Assembly (NCBI GenBank): GCA_963710375.1
Contig: CAVPZX010000002.1
Span: forward strand, 1,008,326-1,072,325
DNA: 64,000 bases
Origin: Nitrospirota bacterium
GTDB taxonomy: Bacteria > Nitrospirota > Thermodesulfovibrionia > Thermodesulfovibrionales > Dissulfurispiraceae
Direction: 5' to 3'
Shown piece by piece: positions 30,026 to 41,227 of this stretch (position 1 is the first letter of the stretch; each line of letters opens with the position of its first letter). Both the position numbers and the translations under genes were made by a program. The notes under the pieces were generated by a model. The model saw nothing but the letters and a program-made list of their open reading frames with translations. It searched no databases and was not told the origin of the DNA.

Positions 30026-30041
30026 AGCAAAGACTGTGCCA
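30026..30041 (-). promoter_or_regulatory. Sigma54 (-24/-12) promoter of the MCP gene
   Basis: TGGCAC-AGTCT-TTGCT, exact consensus, 71 bp upstream of the ATG. Confidence 0.8.
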
Positions 30042-30152
30042 TGCGAGATAATGAATTATCTTTTTGATTTGTTAGGATTTTTGAAGAATGTTATACAGCA
30101 TGGAAAAGGATTAATTCCAATGTCGAGGGAAAAATTACATGATTTTAATTAA

Positions 30153-32717
30153 TCACCGAGGACATCTGTTCACCGCTGCCATAGGATCAGGGCAGATTCG
30201 AGGGGGACCGCAACGCAGGGGAAGTATGGTCTTACTCGTGCAGTATAGTCCGTGGCCGGCCGAGCCTGCCGGAACCTGCGCATTGTAAACATATCCGTGC
30301 TCTGCGCCAACGAGTTGCTGTCCGATTATCATCGACAGCGCTACCGGGTCGCCGCCATCCACGCCAACTGCATAAAGTTCTACTTTTACAGCATCAGGGG
30401 GTAAGCCATCGAGATAGACCGGAACTGTAAATACGTGCTGCTCTTCAGTAGTATCCACTTTAACTTCTCCGAAGCGCAGGTTCGCCCATTTTTTTGCCAG
30501 GATCTGCTTCCAATTGACCAGCTGAACACCAGTTATACATTTCCCTGCTGCACGCCCGTTATATGTTTCTGCAGCGGGAATGTAGTATTGCTCGGTGTAT
30601 TCTATGACAGCCCGCGTTGCGGAAAAGCGCGGTGTCAGGCGCGCCATGCTCTCCCTTATGCGCGCTACCCAGGATGTCGGGATGCCGTTTGCATCGCGCT
30701 CATAAAACTCCGGGATTACCTGTTGTTCAAGAAGAGCATAGAGCTGTTCAGCTTCTGCCGCATCCCAGGCAGGGTCATTGTCGTGTTCCTTGCCGTCGCC
30801 CAGCGCCCAGCCCACTTCTGGCGCATATGCCTCAGCCCACCATCCATCAAGTTCAGAGATATTGATTCCTCCGTTGACGAGCACCTTCATGCCGCTCGTT
30901 CCGCATGCTTCCCAGGGTCTCCGTGGAGTATTGATCCAGGCATCCACTCCTTGCACCATCTGCTCGGTCAAAGACATGTCATAATCGATGAGGAAAACCG
31001 CATGTTTACGCACTTCAGGCTGGCTGACGAAGCGTATCCATTGCTGAATCATGGCCTTGCCCGGCTCATCTTCAGGATGTGCTTTCCCGGCAATGACAAG
31101 CTGTACAGGACGCTTGGGGTCTGACAATATGCGAAGGAGCCTCTCCTGATCGTGCAGGAGAAGATTCGGCCGTTTGTACGTTGCAAAGCGCCGGGCAAAT
31201 CCAAGGGTTAATGTGTTGACATCAAATATATGTTTTGCATTTTCGATTTCTTCAGGCGCTGTATCTGAAAAAGCCAGATGCCGGGAGTGCCGTTGGCGGA
31301 CGTATTTGAGGAAAGACTCGCGACCGGATGCGCGCAACTGCCAGATATCGGAATCGGGGATAGCACGAATCCTCTCTTCTATGCTTTCCACTGTCCCTGT
31401 CCAGATATCTTTTCCACAAGCCCCGGCAACGAGTGCTTCGGCCTCTTTTGAATTCCAGGTCGGCATATGGACCCCATTGGTAACGTGTCCTACCGGCACT
31501 TCGCTTTCCGGCCAGTTTGGGAAAAGGGGCTGAAAGATGCGCCGGCTCACCTGGCCATGGAGACGGCTGACACCATTGACAGACCCGCTTCCACGCATGG
31601 CGAGATAAGCCATATTGAAGTGTTCGCCGGCGTCATTTGGGTTTTGTCGCCCAAGGGCAAGCAGCTCCTGTAGTGAGATATTGAGTCTGTTCATCGCATA
31701 TTTGCCCAGATATTGTTCCATGAGGAAAGGAGCAAAGCGGTCAAAGCCTGCAGAAACAGCTGTATGGGAGGTGAAGTGGTTGCCTGCACGGGTAACCTCT
31801 AAGGCAACATCAAAAGGCTGGCCTGTCTCCTCCATAAAGGACCTGGCACGTTCTAATACAGCAAAGGCTGCATGCCCTTCATTGAGGTGGCAAACATCGG
31901 GTTTGATTTCTAGCATTCTGAGCAGCCGCCATCCGCTGATGCCGAGCGTTATCTCCTGCATCAGACGCAACTCGCTCCCGCCACCATAAAGTTCGCTGGT
32001 AATGCCTCTGAATGCCGGTATGTTCGCCGGGTCATTGCTGTCCAGCAGGTAGAGCTTTACTCTACCGACCTGAACCTGCCAAGCACGAAGCCAGACTGAA
32101 TATGCCGGCAGCACAATCTCAAGCCGCAGCCATTCACCGTCAGGTTTGCGCACAGGCGTAATCGGCAGTTGACCGGGATCATTGTATGGGAAAATAGCCT
32201 GTTGCACGCCATTCTTGTCTATCACCTGCCGGAAGTAGCCTTGCTGATATAGCAACCCTACGCCGACTACAGGTACCCCGAGATCGCCTGCAGCCTTCAG
32301 CTGGTCACCGGCAACGTTGCCGAGGCCGCCCGAATAAATCGGAAGTGCTTCGCTCAGCATAAATTCCATACTAAAATAAGCTACGCAGCTCAATGGAGAC
32401 TCTGAATGATTTTGCTGAAACCAGGAAGGCGCCTTAACTGATTCTCTCTTGGCTTGCACCAGGTCATCGACTTTCTTGCGGAAGGCAGCATCAGCAAATG
32501 CCTGCTGGAATTGGTCCCGCGAGATAGTCTGGAGAACAACCCAGGGGTTGTGCGTCAGCTCCCACAGCACCGGGTCGAACTGCTGCCAAACCTCGTCGGC
32601 CTGAGGGTTCCACGACCAGCGCATGTCCAGGGCAAGCTCTGCAAGGGAATCAACTCCCTCAATATCGGAGGATAAAAAAGAAAATAACGGGTTGCTGACT
32701 CTTTTTGGTTCGCTCAT
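30153..32717 (-). CDS. glgP: Alpha-glucan (glycogen) phosphorylase; last ~35 codons frameshifted (probable true stop 30170)
   Basis: YSGGLG, HLNEGH, ARRFATYKR, EACGTSGMK; the expected RPATDYTARV...ILWQR tail lies in another frame after ~30266. Confidence 0.93.
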   Translation of the reverse strand: MSEPKRVSNPLFSFLSSDIEGVDSLAELALDMRWSWNPQADEVWQQFDPVLWELTHNPWVVLQTISRDQFQQAFADAAFRKKVDDLVQAKRESVKAPSWFQQNHSESPLSCVAYFSMEFMLSEALPIYSGGLGNVAGDQLKAAGDLGVPVVGVGLLYQQGYFRQVIDKNGVQQAIFPYNDPGQLPITPVRKPDGEWLRLEIVLPAYSVWLRAWQVQVGRVKLYLLDSNDPANIPAFRGITSELYGGGSELRLMQEITLGISGWRLLRMLEIKPDVCHLNEGHAAFAVLERARSFMEETGQPFDVALEVTRAGNHFTSHTAVSAGFDRFAPFLMEQYLGKYAMNRLNISLQELLALGRQNPNDAGEHFNMAYLAMRGSGSVNGVSRLHGQVSRRIFQPLFPNWPESEVPVGHVTNGVHMPTWNSKEAEALVAGACGKDIWTGTVESIEERIRAIPDSDIWQLRASGRESFLKYVRQRHSRHLAFSDTAPEEIENAKHIFDVNTLTLGFARRFATYKRPNLLLHDQERLLRILSDPKRPVQLVIAGKAHPEDEPGKAMIQQWIRFVSQPEVRKHAVFLIDYDMSLTEQMVQGVDAWINTPRRPWEACGTSGMKVLVNGGINISELDGWWAEAYAPEVGWALGDGKEHDNDPAWDAAEAEQLYALLEQQVIPEFYERDANGIPTSWVARIRESMARLTPRFSATRAVIEYTEQYYIPAAETYNGRAAGKCITGVQLVNWKQILAKKWANLRFGEVKVDTTEEQHVFTVPVYLDGLPPDAVKVELYAVGVDGGDPVALSMIIGQQLVGAEHGYVYNAQVPAGSAGHGLYCTSKTILPLRCGPPRICPDPMAAVNRCPR

Positions 32718-32830
32718 TTTTTATCTCCCAAAGTGGTCAGTTCAATTATATCGCATGAAGATGCAGGTGTCTATTTTTGCGTACCGGGATACTAACAAAT
32801 AGATAGCGAGCGTAGGTATGTAGAGGACTC

Positions 32831-33085
32831 TTATGTATTCTGGTTTTGCTGTTGCAGTTTCTTCATCAACCGTTCATACTTCTGTGCGCCGATGCATTGC
32901 TTCGCAGCTGGACACCACTCAATGCATGAGGGGATCATATCCCGGGTTATTGTTTTTCCACACCCTTTGCAGACCATGTCAGGCTCATCTGTCCAGATTT
33001 CGTTTTTATGGGTGCAGAAGGCACAAATCAAGTCTTCCGGGTAAGGACTCCTTATTTCCTTGCTTCCTGGGCAGCTCTCTTTCAT
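32831..33085 (-). CDS. Small Cys-rich hypothetical protein
   Basis: CPG...CxxC...EIWTDE...CxxC...SCIEWC..A..CIG. Confidence 0.65.
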   Translation of the reverse strand: MKESCPGSKEIRSPYPEDLICAFCTHKNEIWTDEPDMVCKGCGKTITRDMIPSCIEWCPAAKQCIGAQKYERLMKKLQQQNQNT

Positions 33086-33139
33086 AATTTAAATATACCA
33101 AAAAGAAAGCTCCCCGTCATTGACATAAGTCAAAAAAAC

Positions 33140-33272
33140 GTGAAAAGTGAATAGTGAATGGTGAATCGGCAAAAAAGCCAGAACAACTTGGTCGTCATTA
33201 CCCCCGGAACCGGGAATCCAGTCTGTTAAGATGTTGCCGTTCACATTTCACATTTCACGATTCACATTTCAC
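33140..33272. repeat. Intergenic inverted heptamer repeat array
   Basis: (GTGAANN)x4 at 33140-33167 faces (TTCACNN)x5 at 33240-33272. Confidence 0.7.
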
Positions 33273-33856
33273 GGTTTTACGCCCCATTGTTTGAACAGGG
33301 CATGCCCTATGCCGAAACTGTCCAGAATCTTGCCTGTGATGAAGTCGGTCATGGCATCAAGATTTTTGGGGTGGTGATAAAAGGCAGGAACGGGCGGAGC
33401 GATTGTGACACCAAGCCTTGCAAGTTTCAGCATGTTTTCGAGGTGGATCGCACTGAAGGGCATTTCCCTCGGTGCAAGGAGCAGATGACGTCCTTCTTTA
33501 AGGGTAACATCAGCCGCCCTCTCGATGAGATTGTTTGCGTACCCGTTTGCGATACCAGACAGTGTCTTCATAGAACAGGGCACGACCAGCATGCCGTCTG
33601 TTTTGAAAGAGCCGCTTGCGATGGGCGCCTCCATATTTTTATCTTCGTAGAAATTCAGGGTATCGGCGCCGAACTGTTTTCTGAGTTTAAGTTCGGTATC
33701 ACCTGTCCAGTCGAGGCCGGTCTCATCAGCAATAATGGGGAAAGTATTTGAGGAGATGATGAGGTGCACTGTGGCTGTTTTCAAGAGTTCTTCCAATACC
33801 CTGACGCCGAAGGGAGCGCCGCTCGCGCCGGTTATGGCAAGTATAATGTTCTTCAT
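33269..33856 (-). CDS. ubiX: Flavin prenyltransferase UbiX
   Basis: ITGASGA, IASGSF, PCSMKTL, RAADVTLKE, PREMP, PAFYH. Confidence 0.95.
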   Translation of the reverse strand: MKNIILAITGASGAPFGVRVLEELLKTATVHLIISSNTFPIIADETGLDWTGDTELKLRKQFGADTLNFYEDKNMEAPIASGSFKTDGMLVVPCSMKTLSGIANGYANNLIERAADVTLKEGRHLLLAPREMPFSAIHLENMLKLARLGVTIAPPVPAFYHHPKNLDAMTDFITGKILDSFGIGHALFKQWGVKP

Positions 33857-34024
33857 GCGTTTATTATACGCATACCGGGCATTTTAAATAAATGGATCTA
33901 ATTGCCTGACCCACTATCGAGGTTCGGCTTTCTCTTTACCTTTTTCAATTTATGTGACATAATAAAAAAAATAAAATATAGCCCATCCAATACACCTACT
34001 TTAAAATTACTGGAGCATGACGGC

Positions 34025-34693
34025 GTGGAACCTGAATATATAATAAGACAGATAATTGTATCTGCTGTCCCGATTCTTATCGCAATTATATTGCATGAGG
34101 TGTCACATGGTTTCATTGCGAACAAATTGGGCGACCCTACGGCAAAGATGTTGGGCAGGTTGACGCTGAATCCTGTGGCCCACATCGACTTATTCGGCAC
34201 TATACTTATGCCGCTGCTCCTGCTGGTCACCACTCATGGGCAGTTTGTTTTTGGCTACGCGAAACCTGTCCCCATTAATCCAAATAATTTCAGGAACCCA
34301 AAACGCGACATGGCTATTTCAGCGGCAGGCGGTCCTTTGATGAATATCGTTATTGCGCTTATCAGCGTCATGGCATTGAAATATCTTGTCTTACCTTTGG
34401 CATACGGTGCATCTGAACAAGCGATGGTAAAAATCATTAAACCAATGGGTATGATGCTTAACGCAAGCGTACAAATAAATATTGTTCTTGCTGCATTTAA
34501 TTTATTGCCTGTCCCTCCACTGGACGGCGGCAGGGTGCTGATGGGATTTCTGCCCGACAGCCAGGCATATGCATTAAGCAAGATCGAGCCTTATGGGATG
34601 ATCATTGTCCTGGTGCTTTTGATGACGGGTATGGCGAGTGTTGTAGTTACGCCTTTGATAAAACTGCTCCTGAGCCTGGTCGGGATGGTATAG
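34025..34693 (+). CDS. Site-2 protease (M50 family)
   Basis: HEVSH, GDPTAK..GRLTLNP, FNLLPVPPLDG; GTG start after GGAG. Confidence 0.92.
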   Translation: MEPEYIIRQIIVSAVPILIAIILHEVSHGFIANKLGDPTAKMLGRLTLNPVAHIDLFGTILMPLLLLVTTHGQFVFGYAKPVPINPNNFRNPKRDMAISAAGGPLMNIVIALISVMALKYLVLPLAYGASEQAMVKIIKPMGMMLNASVQINIVLAAFNLLPVPPLDGGRVLMGFLPDSQAYALSKIEPYGMIIVLVLLMTGMASVVVTPLIKLLLSLVGMV

Positions 34694-34712
34694 AGAAGGC
34701 AATGGAACTTTT

Positions 34713-35711
34713 ATGAATAAAGAGCGAGTTTTGAGCGGCATGCAGGCGAGCGGAAAGTTGCACCTCGGCAACCTTGTCGGCGCCCTTAAGAACTGGGTAA
34801 GCCTTCAGGACGAGTACGACTGTTTCTATTTTGTTGCTGACTGGCACGCTCTCACTACAGGCTATGCTGACCCGTCAGCAATAAAAAAGAGCTCGGCTGA
34901 TCTGCTGGTAAATTTTATTGCCGCAGGGCTTGATCCCGATAAATCCACTATATTTATACAGTCGATGGTCCCCCAGCATGCTGAACTACATTTGCTTTTA
35001 TCCATGATCACCCCTCTGGGCTGGCTCGAAAGAGTGCCGACTTATAAGGAGAAACAGGAACAATTGAGGGAGAAGGACCTTTCAACATACGGTTTTCTGG
35101 GCTACCCGGTGCTGCAGACAGCCGACATAATCATTTACAGGGCGAAACATGTGCCTGTCGGTATTGACCAAATTCCGCATCTCGAAATTTCCAGAGAAAT
35201 TACCAGGAGATTTAATTATTTATATTCTTCAGAAATATTTCCTGAACCTGAAGGGCTGTTGACGGAGTTCCCCAAGGTAGTGGGGCTTGACGGCAGAAAG
35301 ATGTCGAAGAGTTATGACAATGCCATTTATTTAAGCGACCCGCCGGATGTGGTGGACCAAAAAATAAGAACTATGATAACCGACCCTGCAAGAAAGAGAA
35401 GGACTGATAAAGGCGACCCCGAGCTTTCTCCGGTATTCCAGCTGCATAAGATTTTCTCTTCAAAGGAGGAACTCGAATTTGTCGCGCACGGATGCAGGAC
35501 TGCAGAGATAGGATGCATAGAGTGCAAGAAAATACTAATAAAGAATATTTTTGTCTATCTTGAGCCTATCTGGAAAAAGCGCAATGAACTTATAAACAAC
35601 CCTGACACGCTTTTCGATATTGCCAAAAAGGGTTCTGAAAAAGCCCGGCTGGCAGCGGAAGAGACAATGAAGGCAGTCAGGGAGCTATTGGGAGTGGCTT
35701 ACGCTCGATGA
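34713..35711 (+). CDS. trpS: Tryptophanyl-tRNA synthetase
   Basis: HLGN, GYPVLQTADI, VPVGIDQ, KMSKS. Confidence 0.97.
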   Translation: MNKERVLSGMQASGKLHLGNLVGALKNWVSLQDEYDCFYFVADWHALTTGYADPSAIKKSSADLLVNFIAAGLDPDKSTIFIQSMVPQHAELHLLLSMITPLGWLERVPTYKEKQEQLREKDLSTYGFLGYPVLQTADIIIYRAKHVPVGIDQIPHLEISREITRRFNYLYSSEIFPEPEGLLTEFPKVVGLDGRKMSKSYDNAIYLSDPPDVVDQKIRTMITDPARKRRTDKGDPELSPVFQLHKIFSSKEELEFVAHGCRTAEIGCIECKKILIKNIFVYLEPIWKKRNELINNPDTLFDIAKKGSEKARLAAEETMKAVRELLGVAYAR

Positions 35712-35717
35712 GGGGGG

Positions 35718-36452
35718 TTGATGTTGACTGAAGAAGAATTGAAACGTTATAACCGTCAAATGATCATGGACCATTGGGGAGAGGAAACTCAGCAGAAGCT
35801 TAAGAACTCAACGGTTTTTATTGCCGGCGCAGGCGGCCTCGGCTCTCCGGTTTCGATTTACCTTACAGCTGCAGGCATTGGTAATATCAGGATATGCGAT
35901 TTTGATTCTCCTGACTGGTCAAACCTGAACAGACAGATTTTGCATAACCATGGAAGGATCGGCACTAATAAGGCACTTTCAGCCAAACAGACGCTGAACG
36001 AGCTGAATCCGCACGTTAATATTATTGCCCTTACCGATAAAATTGTTGCTGAAAATGTTGATGATCTCGTCGGAGATGCTGCATTGATAGTCGATTGCAT
36101 GGACAACTTTCCGACACGGTATTTACTGAATGAATCTGCAATCAGAAAGAGGATACCGCTTGTATATGGAAGTATCTGGGGCATGGAAGGGCGGCTCAGC
36201 TTTCTCAGTCCTCCTGAAACTCCATGCTTTAGGTGCCTGTTTCCGGTGGCCCCGCCGTCAGAAGTATTTCCTGTTGTAGGGGCGACTCCGGGGATTATCG
36301 GGTCCTTTCAGGCGCTTGAGACAATAAAATACCTGACCGGTATCGGCGAAAACCTGAAAGGGAGGATTCTCGTCTGGGAGGGCAAAAAAATGGAGTTTAA
36401 GCGTTATAAAACATATAGGGACCCCGAATGCCCTGCATGCAGCAAGTTGTAA
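35718..36452 (+). CDS. ThiF/MoeB/HesA-family adenylyltransferase
   Basis: GAGGLG, SNLNRQ, DCMDNF, CFRC, CPAC. Confidence 0.92.
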   Translation: MMLTEEELKRYNRQMIMDHWGEETQQKLKNSTVFIAGAGGLGSPVSIYLTAAGIGNIRICDFDSPDWSNLNRQILHNHGRIGTNKALSAKQTLNELNPHVNIIALTDKIVAENVDDLVGDAALIVDCMDNFPTRYLLNESAIRKRIPLVYGSIWGMEGRLSFLSPPETPCFRCLFPVAPPSEVFPVVGATPGIIGSFQALETIKYLTGIGENLKGRILVWEGKKMEFKRYKTYRDPECPACSKL

Positions 36453-36493
36453 AGTCCGTGGTTTATATCTGATAATAGCAAGGAGAAAAGGGT

Positions 36494-38281
36494 ATGAATG
36501 GTTTGACAAAGAACGAAAAGCTCAACATATGGATCAAGGAAGTGGAGGATCTCTGCCAACCTGACGCTACGTATGTGTGCGACGGATCAAAAGATGAATA
36601 TAATAAGATGATCGACATGTTGCTCAAGAGCGGTATTGCTATTCCGCTTAAGAAGCGTGCCGGCAGCTTTCTTTTCAGGACCGATCCCAGCGATGTTGCC
36701 CGCATTGAAGACCGTACTTATATGAGCACCTCTTCCAGGGAAGAAGCAGGGCCTACTAACAACTGGATCGATCCAGTGGAATTGAAAAAGACCATGCGAG
36801 ACCTCTACAGAGGATGCATGAAGGGCCGCACTATGTATGTAATCCCTTTCTCGATGGGACCTATTGGGTCTCCTATTTCAAAAATCGGCATTGAACTTAC
36901 AGACAGTCCCTATGTGGTCATAAATATGCACATCATGACCCGGGTCAGTTCGAGGGTTTTGGATAGGCTCGGCGCTGACGGGGAATTCATCCCCTGTCTC
37001 CACTCAGTCGGCGCTCCTCTTGCTAAAGGCCAGAAAGATACAAAATGGCCTTGCGCCCCGATTGAGAAAAAATATATCAGCCATTTCCCTGAAGAGAACC
37101 TGATATGGTCATATGGTTCCGGTTACGGCGGCAACGCCCTGCTCGGGAAGAAGTGCCTTGCTCTCCGTATCGCCTCTTCCCTGTCAAGACGCGAAGGCTG
37201 GCTGGCGGAGCACATGCTGATTCTCAGGCTGACCAATCCTGATGGAAAAAAGTTCCATATTGCGGCTGCATTTCCTTCTGCCTGCGGTAAAACTAATTTA
37301 GCCATGATGCGGCCCTCAATTGCGGGCTGGAAATGCGAGTGCATTGGTGACGATATTGCCTGGATGAAGATAGGGCCTGATGGTCGTCTTTATGCCATTA
37401 ACCCTGAAAACGGCTTTTTTGGGGTGGCTCCCGGCACATCCTACAGGACAAATCCGGTGGCGATAGATACATTAAGGGAAAATATTATTTTCACTAACTG
37501 TGCACTGACCGATGACGGTGATGTATGGTGGGAGGGCATGGATGGCGAGGAGCCCGCGCATGCAATAGATTGGAAAGGCAACGATTGGACTCCGCGAAAC
37601 ACCCATGATGCTGCACATGCCAATGCACGCTTTACAGCCCCTGCTGCACAGTGCCCGACAATTTGCAAAGACTGGGAGAAACCTGAAGGCGTGCCTATCG
37701 ATATATTTATTTTCGGAGGCCGTCGCGGTAGTGTCGTCCCGCTGGTTTATGAAGCTTATGACTGGGACCACGGGGTTTTCCTCGGTGCCACGGCAGCCTC
37801 AGAAACGACTGCAGCCAATATCGGAGCTATTGGTAATGTCAGGCGTGACCCTTTTGCAATGAAGCCGTTCTGCGGCTACAATATGGGCGACTATTTCGGG
37901 CACTGGCTTGCTATGGGCGACAGGCTTGGCAACAAGGCACCGAGAGTTTTTTATGTCAACTGGTTCAGGAAGAGCCAGAGCGGTAAATTTTTATGGCCCG
38001 GGTTCAGTGATAACAGCCGTGTGCTCAAATGGATGTGCGAGCGTGTCGAAGGCAAAGTAGGGGCCAGAAAAAGTCCGATAGGTTTATTGCCGAATGAAGG
38101 AGATATCGATCTGAACGGTCTTTCTTTGTCGACTGAAGACATGAAAGAGCTTATGGGCATCGATGCAGAAGAGTGGAAAGCGGAGATTCCGGATATAGAA
38201 AACCATTTTTCGGCATTTGGTAACAGGTTACCGGAAAGATTGAAAAAACAGTTTCAGGAATTCATTCGACGGCTCGGATGA
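36494..38281 (+). CDS. pckG: Phosphoenolpyruvate carboxykinase (GTP)
   Basis: [45 protein letters not shown]. Confidence 0.97.
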   Translation: MNGLTKNEKLNIWIKEVEDLCQPDATYVCDGSKDEYNKMIDMLLKSGIAIPLKKRAGSFLFRTDPSDVARIEDRTYMSTSSREEAGPTNNWIDPVELKKTMRDLYRGCMKGRTMYVIPFSMGPIGSPISKIGIELTDSPYVVINMHIMTRVSSRVLDRLGADGEFIPCLHSVGAPLAKGQKDTKWPCAPIEKKYISHFPEENLIWSYGSGYGGNALLGKKCLALRIASSLSRREGWLAEHMLILRLTNPDGKKFHIAAAFPSACGKTNLAMMRPSIAGWKCECIGDDIAWMKIGPDGRLYAINPENGFFGVAPGTSYRTNPVAIDTLRENIIFTNCALTDDGDVWWEGMDGEEPAHAIDWKGNDWTPRNTHDAAHANARFTAPAAQCPTICKDWEKPEGVPIDIFIFGGRRGSVVPLVYEAYDWDHGVFLGATAASETTAANIGAIGNVRRDPFAMKPFCGYNMGDYFGHWLAMGDRLGNKAPRVFYVNWFRKSQSGKFLWPGFSDNSRVLKWMCERVEGKVGARKSPIGLLPNEGDIDLNGLSLSTEDMKELMGIDAEEWKAEIPDIENHFSAFGNRLPERLKKQFQEFIRRLG

Positions 38282-39993
38282 ATTTTTCCAAAAAAACGCT
38301 CCTTAATGTGTTGGGAGTCGTTTACGCGCACGTGAAAACTTCTGACGGCGGAGACCTTTATTTAACCCGATTTGCCGAACATTACCAGGAGCATTTGGAT
38401 ACTTGCAACTGGTATGAATCAGACTGGTTCAATAAGTATAGGGTACGGCTTGAAGGCACTGGTTCTGTCTACAGGTTGCCTACCAAAGCGGTTAACGGTT
38501 TAAGCCTTGATCTTGTTGTAAAGAATTGCCGGGTCGGCGAGGATGTGCCTTTCGATACGCATACATTACAGGAATTTTGCGACGCCGAATTCAACAGTCC
38601 GTGGGAAGAGTTTTCCCTTGTTGCAGAAATGAGGGAGAGCCTGTACGGTCCGAGAAACCTCAAAATACATACCCAGCGTCCCTTGGCAATCTATGTTCCG
38701 CCGGAAAGGATGCAGTTATGGCAGAGCGGCAGGTCCATAGCGAAAATTAATCGCATCCACGCCAAACATCCGGGTATAGATGTGGATATCCTCAAACAGT
38801 ACAAGCTTATTTACGAATGGATAGAAGGCCACAATTTAAAGGAGGTCTTCATGCATATCGATATCAACGACGAGGAAAAATTCAATCATCTTACCAAAAT
38901 CAATTGTCATGCTATGTCGGATCTCAACAAGAAAGGGTATTTAGTGGCCGATATGAAACCCGAGCATATAATCATTGCCGAAGACGACACGAAGCGCATT
39001 GAAGAAATCGGACAGACGCAGACAACCTATCCTGAAAAAGACCAGTTAACTTATATGTATCGAATTATTTATGAAGCCAAATATTCAGTCATTGACTATG
39101 AACTTCTGCTTCGCACTTCTGAACGCGAAGAGGAAGTAATGAATTTCAAGAGGCATTCCTATCTGGATGATCAACGCGACCGGTTTATCCCCACCCCTCT
39201 GCCTGCCCATTTGTCGAACACAGAAATATTCGGCGTACCATATGTTTATGGACATGCTGAAAGTACGGGCGGACATCTGTGGGTAGTGGGAAATAATGCC
39301 GGTCTATTCGATTATTTTCTCCCTGAAAGGTGGAGAAAAACACCCACTATAAGGCTTTCAGAGCCCAGGGAGGTCTTTTATACCATAACAAAGGACAACA
39401 TTCACCTCGTATGGGCAACATCGCGAGTCGGCGAATTTCCGAGCGAGAGCGAGGAAGAATACTCTTACAGGATACGCGAATTCGGTATAAACAGTCCCTT
39501 CGAGGAATTTGCGATTGCCCATAAATTGCCGCAGCTCGGGATTCCTTGTGTCTACGTCAGGGCCATCTATATGACCGGCAGCGAGAAAGTCGAAGCATCG
39601 GCTGACTTGAGTAGGTATGCATCTCACAGGAATATTTTAGACCCCGAAGGCAATCCTATCCTGCAGGAAAATCATAATTATATTACTATTCGCGGTTATT
39701 ATAACGGTCCGGACAATTGGGTTGCAAAGCAGACCGGACCGCTTCAGGTGCCGGTAGACCTTGCCAAAGCTCTTTACAGAGGTCTTATTGATAAGACGCA
39801 GTGCCGGGTGATGACAGGCAAGGTAAAAGAGAATCTCAGGAAAGCCGGCTATGACGGGTCATTGTTGAAACCGAATGACCTGCTCCTTGCCATAAACAGC
39901 AGCGGTGAAATAGTCCGGGACACCTCGGGCGAGCCCTTGGTGCTAATCTGCAATTTCGAGTTCATATGGAAGCTATCTGTCAATAACGGTTAA
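38278..39993 (+). CDS. Hypothetical protein with two kinase-fold-like repeats
   Basis: Internal repeat FNSPWEEF / [18 protein letters not shown]...IDYE versus LLKPNDLLL...ICNFE; ATGA overlap with pckG. Confidence 0.7.
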   Translation: MNFSKKTLLNVLGVVYAHVKTSDGGDLYLTRFAEHYQEHLDTCNWYESDWFNKYRVRLEGTGSVYRLPTKAVNGLSLDLVVKNCRVGEDVPFDTHTLQEFCDAEFNSPWEEFSLVAEMRESLYGPRNLKIHTQRPLAIYVPPERMQLWQSGRSIAKINRIHAKHPGIDVDILKQYKLIYEWIEGHNLKEVFMHIDINDEEKFNHLTKINCHAMSDLNKKGYLVADMKPEHIIIAEDDTKRIEEIGQTQTTYPEKDQLTYMYRIIYEAKYSVIDYELLLRTSEREEEVMNFKRHSYLDDQRDRFIPTPLPAHLSNTEIFGVPYVYGHAESTGGHLWVVGNNAGLFDYFLPERWRKTPTIRLSEPREVFYTITKDNIHLVWATSRVGEFPSESEEEYSYRIREFGINSPFEEFAIAHKLPQLGIPCVYVRAIYMTGSEKVEASADLSRYASHRNILDPEGNPILQENHNYITIRGYYNGPDNWVAKQTGPLQVPVDLAKALYRGLIDKTQCRVMTGKVKENLRKAGYDGSLLKPNDLLLAINSSGEIVRDTSGEPLVLICNFEFIWKLSVNNG

Positions 39994-40322
39994 ACGGGAG
40001 ATGATAGCTTCAGCCCTATTACCCCGATCGTGATAAAGAGGATAAAGGTAATCCTCGGCAGGGTCGAGGGCTCACCCAAGAGTGCCATGCCGAGGATGTT
40101 GCTTCCTATTGTGGCAATGCCTACCCAGACTGCATAGCTGGTCCCCATAGGAAGGGATTTCATTGCCTGCGAAAGGAAAAAGGCCGCGCCCAACCCGCAG
40201 ATTGCATAAGAAATCATCGGCAGGAACCGGGTAAAGCCATTGGTTGATTTAAGGCTAAATATCCACCCGATCTCGAAAATGCCTGCTATAAGGATATATA
40301 TCCAGTTTATTGTCAATCTCAT
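39990..40322 (-). CDS. SMR/DMT-family small multidrug or guanidinium exporter
   Basis: WIYILIAGIFEIGW, LPMGTSYAVWVGI, GVIGLKL. Confidence 0.9.
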   Translation of the reverse strand: MRLTINWIYILIAGIFEIGWIFSLKSTNGFTRFLPMISYAICGLGAAFFLSQAMKSLPMGTSYAVWVGIATIGSNILGMALLGEPSTLPRITFILFITIGVIGLKLSSPV

Positions 40323-41227
40323 GCAGCAATGAATATGTCTGCGCCGGTGCGTACGCGGCGGAGCTTTTTGAGCGCATCTCTTTCGCTGTCATATACCCGT
40401 TTGATGCCGTCCCCAAGGGATTTCTCGATATCACGGATATTCCGGACAAGCTGGTGCATGCCGAATATTTCTACTGACGCAGCCTGGTCAGTCCCCCACA
40501 TAGCCCGGTCAAGGGTGACGTGCCGCTCAATGAAACATGCCCCGAGGGCAACTGCAGCCCATGTGGGTGCCAGCCCGGTTTCGTGGCCGGAGTAGCCTAC
40601 TGGTGCAAGGGGATATTTTTCCATGAGCACCGGTATCATCTTCAGGTTCAGTTCACGCACATTGCAGGGATAGGCCGATGTTGAATGCGCGACCATAAAA
40701 TTGTCGTTGCCTGCCACTCTGACAGCCCCTTCTATCTCTTCTATGGTTGACATCCCGGTCGAAAGAATAAGTGTTTTACCCGTAGATTTTATCTTTCTGA
40801 GGAGATCGTGATCAGTCAAAGAAGCGGAAGGCACTTTATATATTGAGGGACTGAACTGCTCCATAAAGTCAACGGATTCCTCGTCCCAGCACGAGGCGAA
40901 CCAGCCTATCCCCCGCTCCTTGCAGTAGCGGTCTATTTCGCTGTAATCCTCGATACCGAATTCGATCTTTCTACGGTATTCAATGTAAGTCATTCTGCCC
41001 CAGGGGGTATCTCGCTCAATATACCACTGGTCTTTCGGTACACAGAGTTCGGGGGTCCGCTTTTGAAACTTTACTGCATCGCATCCGGAAAAAACCGCCC
41101 CGTCAATGATCTTTTTGGCGAGCGCCAGCGATCCGTTGTGGTTAATCCCCACTTCGGCAATGATATAGACCGGTTCGCCTTCTCCGATACTCCGTTCATT
41201 GAGATGCACCTTCCTGATTGGTTTCAT
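40319..41227 (-). CDS. NeuB/SpsE-family nonulosonate(-9-P) synthase, short form lacking the C-terminal SAF domain
   Basis: IIAEVGINHNG, AVKFQKR, LSTGMS, GYSGHE, IERHVTLDR. Confidence 0.9.
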   Translation of the reverse strand: MKPIRKVHLNERSIGEGEPVYIIAEVGINHNGSLALAKKIIDGAVFSGCDAVKFQKRTPELCVPKDQWYIERDTPWGRMTYIEYRRKIEFGIEDYSEIDRYCKERGIGWFASCWDEESVDFMEQFSPSIYKVPSASLTDHDLLRKIKSTGKTLILSTGMSTIEEIEGAVRVAGNDNFMVAHSTSAYPCNVRELNLKMIPVLMEKYPLAPVGYSGHETGLAPTWAAVALGACFIERHVTLDRAMWGTDQAASVEIFGMHQLVRNIRDIEKSLGDGIKRVYDSERDALKKLRRVRTGADIFIAA

